Origin: a virus
Lineage: Duplodnaviria > Caudoviricetes
Strand: one strand, 5' to 3'
Length of the DNA stretch: 64,000 nt
IMG/VR virus record: IMGVR_UViG_3300045015_000053
Shown here: one piece after another, positions 35,293 through 42,135 of the stretch
Layout: each line of letters starts with the position of its first letter
Numbering within the stretch: the stretch's first letter is position 1
Notes under the pieces: generated by a model
Database searches by the model: none
Told to the model about the DNA's origin: nothing
The model's input: only the letters and a program-made list of their open reading frames with translations
Program-made: the position numbers and the translations under genes

Positions 35293-36710
35293 GCATCCCT
35301 GTCACCGGCCTGGAACACCTTCACCTGCACACGGATTTCTCGCTTCTCGACGGGTTCGGGATGGTGGAGGAGTACACGGAGCGGTGGAAGAAGCACGGCC
35401 GCTTCCTGTGCATCAGTGACCACGGGATGATGGGAGCCGTACCGCGCCAGATCAAAGCCTGTGAAGCCGTCTGCGAAGAACTCAAAGACAAAAACGCCTT
35501 CTCGCCCATCTTCGCCTGCGAACTTTACGTCAACCGCTACCACACCGAAGCCACGCCCGACGTTGCCAGCCGCGAAAAGCTGCTCGCGGGCATGAACCCT
35601 GATGAAAAGGCCGGTTTCAAAGTCCGTGGCAGTCACCTGCTCGCCATCGCCTACAACGAAGTTGGCTACAGTAACCTCGTCAGAATGACGACGTGGGCGT
35701 ACCTGAACGGTTTCTACGGCAAGCCCCGCGTCAACTACGAACAACTTCTGAAACACAAAGAGGGTCTGATCTTCACGAGTTGCTGCTACAACTCCGAGAT
35801 CGGTCGCGCCTTCGAGTACGGCGGGACCAGTTACGAAGAGAAGCGTGACGCCGCCGCTGTCGTCATCGAGCGGTACATTCAGATGTTCGGTTCGGAATAC
35901 TTCTACCTCGAAATCATGCTCCTCGATTTCGAGAAACAAAAACCCTACGACAAGTTCATCATCTGGGCGGCAGATAAGTACAAGCTCCGTCTGATCGTCA
36001 CCAACGACTGCCACTACTGTCTGCCCGAAGACTCCGAGTACCAGCGTCTGATGTTGATGCAGCAGACCGGAAAGACAATCAAAGACATTCAAAAGGCACT
36101 CAACGAAGAGGGCATAAAAGACCTGTTCGAGCTTCAGGACCAAAACTTGTGGATGAAGACCGAAGAAGAACTGAATGACATGTGGGTGAAGAAGTACAGC
36201 GACACTATCGATCTGGACATCTTCCAGTGCGCCAAAGCGAACACCGTCAAGATCTGCGAGATGTGTAAGGGCGTGAAGCTCGACCGCCGCAACAAACTGC
36301 CCAAGCTCAAGAACGCCGAGGACGAACTCCAAACCCACATCCTGAATGGGTTCAAGGAACGCCACATCGTCGGCAAACACTACAAGGCTCGCGCGGCTCA
36401 GGAATACGAACTGATCTGTCGCAAGGGGTTCGCGTCTTACTTCCTGATTCAGAAGAAGATGGTGGACGAAGCCCGGCGGTACTACCGCGACGTGCTGAAG
36501 CTCGGAAGTGGCTACGAGGCTGTGGGTCCGGGCCGTGGGTCGGCCGTGGGCGCACTCACCTGCTATCTGTTGGGCATCACCGACGTTGACCCGGTGGAAG
36601 AAGATCTGCTGTTCGACCGCTTCTTGAGCGACAGTCGCGGCGGTCGGCAGATCAAACTGCGGTTCTCGAACATCGACCCGATCATCACCAAAAAAGAAGA
36701 AGCCGCTTGA
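35289..36710 (+). CDS. dnaE: DNA polymerase III alpha, N-terminal half (PHP domain to GRGS segment)
   Basis: HLHTDFSLLDG, SDHG, ELY, HLLAIAYNEVGYSNL, TSCC, TNDCHY, GPGRGSA, LLFDRFL; stops before PDID. Confidence 0.93.
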   Translation: MSIPVTGLEHLHLHTDFSLLDGFGMVEEYTERWKKHGRFLCISDHGMMGAVPRQIKACEAVCEELKDKNAFSPIFACELYVNRYHTEATPDVASREKLLAGMNPDEKAGFKVRGSHLLAIAYNEVGYSNLVRMTTWAYLNGFYGKPRVNYEQLLKHKEGLIFTSCCYNSEIGRAFEYGGTSYEEKRDAAAVVIERYIQMFGSEYFYLEIMLLDFEKQKPYDKFIIWAADKYKLRLIVTNDCHYCLPEDSEYQRLMLMQQTGKTIKDIQKALNEEGIKDLFELQDQNLWMKTEEELNDMWVKKYSDTIDLDIFQCAKANTVKICEMCKGVKLDRRNKLPKLKNAEDELQTHILNGFKERHIVGKHYKARAAQEYELICRKGFASYFLIQKKMVDEARRYYRDVLKLGSGYEAVGPGRGSAVGALTCYLLGITDVDPVEEDLLFDRFLSDSRGGRQIKLRFSNIDPIITKKEEAA

Positions 36711-36722
36711 GGCGGCTTCTTC
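36696..36722. terminator. hairpin between convergent genes
   Basis: 11-bp stem GAAGAAGCCGC/GCGGCTTCTTC with the dnaE-N stop in the loop. Confidence 0.7.
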
Positions 36723-36725
36723 GGG

Positions 36726-37964
36726 TCACATGTCGTCGTCTTCTTCCCACGGCATCTTTTCATGCTCGTCGTCTTCGTCGTCCGAGTCGTCGTCGTCTTC
36801 GTCATCGAGGTCGTCATCCCCGCTTTCATTGTCGTCATCTAGACCCAGATCGTCGCTGAAGTCGAGTTTGTGGTCGTCATCCCCGCCTTCATCTCCCATC
36901 CCGCCCTTGCCCGGAGGTGGCGGCGGGCTGTCTTCGTCCCCGCCGGCCATGTCGTCCATCTCCCCGCCGAGGTCCGGCTTCTCGCCGCTGTCTCCGAGGT
37001 CGTCGCCGCCCATGTCACCCTTGCCCGGTGGCGGTGGCGGCATGTCTTCGTCACCGCCTTCGCCCGGACCACCTTCATCATCCAGATCGAGGTTGTCTCC
37101 AACATCGCCGCCGTCTTCGTCCCCTTCGCCGTCGTCGTCTAGATCGAGGTCGTCCTCTTCGTCGCTGACTTTACGTTTCTCTTCTGACGGGTCAACGTCT
37201 TCGATGTCCATGCTGTCGTCGTGGGCCGGCTCGTCAACTTCTTCGCGGATCGCATGTTCGAGACGCCGCTGGAACGCTTCGCCCTTTTTGCTTTCGATGA
37301 TCTTGGCGAGAGCTTTGAAAGCCTCTGGGATCGTCAGCAAGTCGTTCACGAGAGCTTGAACCCCTCCGCTCCGGTTGATTTCGCGGACGAGGGCGTTACG
37401 CAAGTTGGCGTTCTCGTTGGCGAGGTACGCGACGTACCGAATCGCCTGAACCGGGTCCGGGTAGAACGCGCCGGCCGAGTGCGCAACGACGTGCGGTGCC
37501 TTTTTGCTCTTAACGTTCTCGGTCAGCCCCTTCTTGACGTGCTTGGCGAATTCGGCCGTCGTCATGCCTTTGGTGGCTTTGAGGAACGATTCGGTGGTCG
37601 TGGGACCGCCCTTCGGCCAACTTGCCACGGACTTTCCGCCGGACACGCCCTGTGTGGACTTGCTCACTCCGTTTTTGCCACCGTACCAGCCGTCACCCGG
37701 CTCGTACACGAGTCCTTTGTCGCCCATGTGTGCGAAGCCGCCCTTTTCAGCCTTCTTGGGGGCTTTGTCGGTGCCGCTCTTGTACGGCGCGGGCGTACCT
37801 TTGCTGCCGACGTTGGGGACTTCCCAATTCTTGCCTTTGGTCGAGCCTTTCTTGGGGCTTTTCTCTTTTGGGCCTTTGTAGTCTGGGGTCGCTTCGACTG
37901 GCGGTGCGGTGACGACTTTCCCTTTAGAGGAAAGGTACTCTTTGAATGTCTTGAACGATTTCAT
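36726..37964 (-). CDS. putative internal head/core protein: basic N-half, very acidic D/E/G/P C-half
   Basis: GGAGG RBS; MKSFKTFKEYLS; repeats DEDMPPPPPGKG and DEDSPPPPPGKG. Confidence 0.75.
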   Translation of the reverse strand: MKSFKTFKEYLSSKGKVVTAPPVEATPDYKGPKEKSPKKGSTKGKNWEVPNVGSKGTPAPYKSGTDKAPKKAEKGGFAHMGDKGLVYEPGDGWYGGKNGVSKSTQGVSGGKSVASWPKGGPTTTESFLKATKGMTTAEFAKHVKKGLTENVKSKKAPHVVAHSAGAFYPDPVQAIRYVAYLANENANLRNALVREINRSGGVQALVNDLLTIPEAFKALAKIIESKKGEAFQRRLEHAIREEVDEPAHDDSMDIEDVDPSEEKRKVSDEEDDLDLDDDGEGDEDGGDVGDNLDLDDEGGPGEGGDEDMPPPPPGKGDMGGDDLGDSGEKPDLGGEMDDMAGGDEDSPPPPPGKGGMGDEGGDDDHKLDFSDDLGLDDDNESGDDDLDDEDDDDSDDEDDEHEKMPWEEDDDM

Positions 37965-37974
37965 GTTCCTCCGG

Positions 37975-38412
37975 TTATTGCAATGGCCGTGCGGCAGGAC
38001 CACTGCTCTGGCCGATGAGTGTATTTAGGAAGACTTCGACCAACTCGTCCAAAGTTGTTTGATTGGTCTTCAACTCGCTCAGTCTCTTCGCGATGTATGT
38101 GACGATGCTGATGTTGGCCGGCTGAACCGCCGCTTGGAAAATGGCGACCGCGATCTTCGGAACCAGATTCCGTTCTCGCGCGGCTTCGTAAATGGCTTCA
38201 TAGGCGGCGTCAAGGCGGTTCTTGTCCTTCGGCACCTTACTCAGTCTCTTGACGAGTTCTTGTGCCGCCCCCATCGCTTTGCTGCTGGCCGAGGGTGGGG
38301 AATACGGTTTTTCGCCCGTGCCGGACGCAACACGGTCCAGTCTGCGTTCACCGCGACTCGGCACCAGACCGGCGAGGGCTTCGGCCACCCATTCGGTGAA
38401 CTTCGTTTCCAT
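37975..38412 (-). CDS. putative internal head protein
   Basis: GGAG RBS; METKFTEWVAE. Confidence 0.6.
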   Translation of the reverse strand: METKFTEWVAEALAGLVPSRGERRLDRVASGTGEKPYSPPSASSKAMGAAQELVKRLSKVPKDKNRLDAAYEAIYEAARERNLVPKIAVAIFQAAVQPANISIVTYIAKRLSELKTNQTTLDELVEVFLNTLIGQSSGPAARPLQ

Positions 38413-38458
38413 GCTTCTCCGGTAGAAATCTTTGTCTCGAAGGTATATACTTGCAACT

Positions 38459-38695
38459 ATGATTTCTTTCCGCGAGTATCTGGAACGCGACCGGCTCAAG
38501 AAGCACGTTCGCCACCACAACACGACAAAAGCGTTGGAAGACGCTTTTCCGGGTGAAGAACTGGACAAAGCCAAAAACGCGGTCTATACTAACTGGCGTG
38601 GAAGGAATAAGAGAGCCGCGATGAGGAAATTCATCGCGGACAAGGATACGAAGTGGGCGAATCTTTGGGGTAAGATCCGAAACGACGCTGACTGA
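38459..38695 (+). CDS. putative internal head protein
   Basis: MISFREYLER; TATATA 9 nt upstream. Confidence 0.65.
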   Translation: MISFREYLERDRLKKHVRHHNTTKALEDAFPGEELDKAKNAVYTNWRGRNKRAAMRKFIADKDTKWANLWGKIRNDAD

Positions 38696-38701
38696 GTAAA
38701 T

Positions 38702-39079
38702 GGGGATGAAAAGGTTTCGATACGGTACGGAGGTTGTGAGTTGCACGCCGTGGTTGAGCGAAGGGCCACGTTAAAAATCGTTCAAACTCCATCTGGCAAA
38801 ACCAGTGGTCTGCGTCTGGTGGGCGACCGCCCGGCGCTCCGTCTCGCGGCTTGACCGCGACGGGTCCGCGAGGGACTTCAGATAACTCGCGGGTCCGCAA
38901 CACATCTGGATCGGTCATCAGGGTTGCTCCCTGACTGATGGCCGGAACTACCAGGGAAGCTTGCTCGTGACCTTGATGTCGGTAAGAGGTTACGGGGACT
39001 CCAGGCCCGACTAAGCGTGTGAACGAAATTTACAGTTGAAGTAGCGTACACGCGGGTTCGACTCCCGCCATCTCCACTA
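38702..39079 (+). ncRNA. ssrA: tmRNA
   Basis: 5' GGGGATG pairs with 3' CATCTCC-A (G.U at position 3); T-arm CGCGGGTTCGACTCCCGC; tag ORF 38795-38854 (A)GKTSGLRLVGDRPALRLAA*; ends ACTA rather than ACCA. Confidence 0.92.
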
Positions 39080-39109
39080 GAATACCCCGCGATTGCTCGC
39101 GGGGTATTC
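39080..39109 (+). terminator. hairpin directly after the tmRNA
   Basis: GAATACCCCGCGA/TCGCGGGGTATTC stem followed by TTGTTT. Confidence 0.7.
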
Positions 39110-39128
39110 TTGTTTCCAGAGGCAGATC

Positions 39129-39659
39129 ATGTTCGCAATCTTCTCCGGTCAGCACGACGATCATCAACTCGACGGCATATTTTCGACGCAAGAGAAAGCC
39201 GATGCCGCTCTTGTCGAAGTCTCGAAGATCCGCGACCATGCTGTCATTTCTCAAATCGTTGTTGACGAGTTGTGCGGGCGAAAAGCGATCCCTCATTGGC
39301 GTGCAACAGTAAACGTGGCTACTGGTGAGCTTTTGTTCGACAAAGAAGACGGATCGTATCGATTCTACGAGGGTGTGAGTTACAACTGGGAAGATGCTCC
39401 CTACCCCGAACTCGACACTTATGTCAATGTGATTCAGATAATCCCTTACCGTCACAACGGCTACATCCCGAAAAACTTCTCAGTCTTCTCGGCCAAAAGT
39501 CAGGAAGCCGCAAGAGAGTTGGCGCTTGCGGCGTGGGCGGAACTGAATCGGAGGCTCGATTTAAGCAAGATCTACCACGCGACCGGCTCGATCTGGTATC
39601 CGAAGGAATTGACCGAAAAACTGTACGAAGACGGGGTTTGCAAATTCCCTTCGGCTTGA
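39129..39659 (+). CDS. hypothetical protein
   Basis: GAGG RBS, 176 aa. Confidence 0.7.
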   Translation: MFAIFSGQHDDHQLDGIFSTQEKADAALVEVSKIRDHAVISQIVVDELCGRKAIPHWRATVNVATGELLFDKEDGSYRFYEGVSYNWEDAPYPELDTYVNVIQIIPYRHNGYIPKNFSVFSAKSQEAARELALAAWAELNRRLDLSKIYHATGSIWYPKELTEKLYEDGVCKFPSA

Positions 39660-39751
39660 TCGGTCTATATTGTCGTCGTGGTGACTGCTGGCTTGTTCGT
39701 GACCTCCCTTTCTGATAGACTTTCAAAGTCACTCAGTTACGGAGTTTAGCG

Positions 39752-40009
39752 ATGTTTTCCAAAGCCGGTCACTGGATTTCTTACAAGTGGTTCTCGTTCA
39801 TCCTCTGGGCCTTTCCCAGTCGCGCCGAACGGTTCCACGAACGTAAAGGTATGAGAAGGGCAATCGGCGGGCGGTGGGGTCTGTGGGAAGTTGACATGGG
39901 CGGCTGGATGGGGAAGTTTCACATCTGGTTGCGATCCCAATGCGAACACTACCCTTCCCCGCCGTTCGCCACCTCAACTGAACCTCTGGAAACGGAAGAG
40001 TACAAATGA
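39752..40009 (+). CDS. hypothetical Trp-rich protein
   Basis: GGAG RBS; the stop overlaps the next ATG. Confidence 0.55.
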   Translation: MFSKAGHWISYKWFSFILWAFPSRAERFHERKGMRRAIGGRWGLWEVDMGGWMGKFHIWLRSQCEHYPSPPFATSTEPLETEEYK

Positions 40010-40401
40010 AGCGTCTCATCTTGGCCGTCGCCCTGTTCGCTCTCGTCGGCTGCGGCCCGACTCTGTACGAACTGAAACAACGTACCACCTCGGATTTGAA
40101 CGTCATCGCTCAAGAGTGGGACGGGAAGGCGAATCCCCCCGATCTGAAGGGCCGGCTCGATCCGTGGGGCAACCAGTACCAAGCCGCCGTGACAAAGGAA
40201 AAGCTCAACTACAAGTTGAGCGTCCGGTCGCCCGGACCAGATCGTCTGCCGTACAATTCTGATGATCTTGTCGTCACGCGACAAGCCGCTCACGGCGAAA
40301 CCACACAGAATCTCGAAAACGAGGGATTCTTTTACTCCATCTCGAAGGGCATCTTTGGCGGCGCACGCGACGGCGTCACCGGCAAAGAGTCCAAAAAGTG
40401 A
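40006..40401 (+). CDS. lipoprotein with a T2SS pseudopilin G-like motif
   Basis: Lipobox LVGC; DPWGNQY...SPGPD...DDL. Confidence 0.7.
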   Translation: MKRLILAVALFALVGCGPTLYELKQRTTSDLNVIAQEWDGKANPPDLKGRLDPWGNQYQAAVTKEKLNYKLSVRSPGPDRLPYNSDDLVVTRQAAHGETTQNLENEGFFYSISKGIFGGARDGVTGKESKK

Positions 40402-40436
40402 TCAGCCCGAACCTCTAACGACCGGATGAGGACAAT

Positions 40437-40919
40437 ATGTCACTCGTACTTTCCAGCAGCAACCCTCGCGTCCGCGTGAAGACCTACGGCTTCGCCGAGG
40501 AAGTGGTCACGATTACATGTGAGGATCAGTGGAAGCCGCCGTTCCGACAAGTGGACGTGCCGATCAAGAAGTTCCTACAAATGGCGACAAGCTTCTTCCA
40601 GAGCTACGTCAGCGGCCAAGAAGCGCCGGCGTCAATTCGGATGTGTGGGGACCGGGTGCTGATGAATCTGGCCGAAGGGTGTCTGTTCGACGTGGCGGCG
40701 TGTGATTTGTTTCACATGATTCGCTACGTCATGACCAACACCGACGTGCGGCCTAACGACCCAAGACACCAGTTCTTCGAGTCGTGCAAGAGTCTGCCGA
40801 GGCCGAAATCGGAGGCGAACGGCACCGTGGACGTGATGATTCGATTCTTACAGGACGCCAAGATCGTGCCGGGCTTCAATACCCACCTCGGCAATAATTC
40901 AACTCGATACCAAGTCTAG
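40437..40919 (+). CDS. hypothetical protein
   Basis: GAGGA RBS, 160 aa. Confidence 0.65.
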   Translation: MSLVLSSSNPRVRVKTYGFAEEVVTITCEDQWKPPFRQVDVPIKKFLQMATSFFQSYVSGQEAPASIRMCGDRVLMNLAEGCLFDVAACDLFHMIRYVMTNTDVRPNDPRHQFFESCKSLPRPKSEANGTVDVMIRFLQDAKIVPGFNTHLGNNSTRYQV

Positions 40920-40978
40920 GTTGGATTCTTTGTTTATGGTCTGTTATACTTCCTGAGTCACCACTCAGGAGGTATGAC

Positions 40979-42028
40979 ATGAGCGACGACAAAGAACTCA
41001 ACGATATACTCGACGCTTCGCCCTCTCGCCGTCGTCGGCGGGACAGGGCCGACCACGACGAATCTCCCGCCGTCTGCGAAAAAGGGGTCGATCCCGACGC
41101 ATGGTCGCGGAGCAACGTTCAATGGACGAGCGGCGACGACCTCCGCTTCATCCCCGCCGCAAAGACGTGCCGTAAGCTTCCGCCCGGCGCATACGAAATC
41201 AAGTCCAATCCGAACGTCGGCACTTACTTCGAGAAGATCCCCGTCAGCATCGACGGGCTGGTGCGGTTTCCCCAAGCCAACACCGACAAGGTGCTTCTGG
41301 AGATCCAGAAGTTCTGGGAACGCGAAGCACTGTTCCGCGAGTACCGTCAGACCTACAAACGCGGCATCCTGATGTGGGGACCGCCCGGCGGCGGTAAGTC
41401 ATGCTGCATCAAGTTCGTGATGAAGGACGTGATCGAGGAACGCAAGGGCATCGTGATCAAGTTCACGAACCCGCACATGTTCGTTGAGGGCATGCGGATT
41501 CTGCGTGAGATCGAGCCGAACACGCCGGTCGTGGTGCTGCTCGAAGACATCGACTCGACCATCGAGCGGTGGAGCGAGACGGAAGTTCTCAACATCCTCG
41601 ACGGCGTGGACAAGATCGACCGCGTGGTCTTCCTCGCGACCACCAACTACCCCGAACTCCTCGGCGCGAGAATCATCAACCGGCCGAGCCGCTTCGACAA
41701 GCGGTTCAAGATCGACAAGCCGAACCCGGAATCGCGGATGATCTTCCTCAAGCACATCCTGTGCGACGAGGCGCGGGCGGCGAAAGAGAAACTGACCCCC
41801 GAAAAGCGGGAGCAGTTTATCAAGAAGCGTGCCGCCGAACTGGGCATCAATCTCGACAAGTGGGTGCGGGACTCGGACGGCTTCAGCATCTCGCACCTGA
41901 AGGAACTGTTCATCGCCGTCATCATCCTCGGCGACGAGTACGCCGACGCCATCAAGACCCTGAAGTCGATGAAGGATCAGATCAGGCACGGCGACGACGA
42001 CGGCACCACGAAGATGGGCTTCATTTGA
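40979..42028 (+). CDS. AAA+ ATPase
   Basis: GILMWGPPGGGKS, LLEDID, LNILDG, ATTNYPE, RPSRFD. Confidence 0.9.
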   Translation: MSDDKELNDILDASPSRRRRRDRADHDESPAVCEKGVDPDAWSRSNVQWTSGDDLRFIPAAKTCRKLPPGAYEIKSNPNVGTYFEKIPVSIDGLVRFPQANTDKVLLEIQKFWEREALFREYRQTYKRGILMWGPPGGGKSCCIKFVMKDVIEERKGIVIKFTNPHMFVEGMRILREIEPNTPVVVLLEDIDSTIERWSETEVLNILDGVDKIDRVVFLATTNYPELLGARIINRPSRFDKRFKIDKPNPESRMIFLKHILCDEARAAKEKLTPEKREQFIKKRAAELGINLDKWVRDSDGFSISHLKELFIAVIILGDEYADAIKTLKSMKDQIRHGDDDGTTKMGFI

Positions 42029-42037
42029 AGCGGCGGT

Positions 42038-42080
42038 CAATGCAAGAACCCGGCCGCAGAATGGCCGGGTTCTTGCATTG
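42038..42080. terminator. 18-bp perfect inverted repeat overlapping the -35 box of the dnaE-C promoter
   Basis: CAATGCAAGAACCCGGCC-7 nt-GGCCGGGTTCTTGCATTG. Confidence 0.75.
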
Positions 42081-42106
42081 ACAACACAAAGAAACCCATC
42101 GATAAT
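42078..42106 (+). promoter_or_regulatory. sigma70-type promoter for dnaE-C
   Basis: TTGACA-17 nt-GATAAT. Confidence 0.7.
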
Positions 42107-42135
42107 TTGCTGTCCACCAGCCAGCGAGATCAATC

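Noticed and set aside
39050-39079. tRNA gene suggested by GGTTCGACTCCC
   Set aside because: It is the T-arm of the tmRNA, and there is no anticodon arm.
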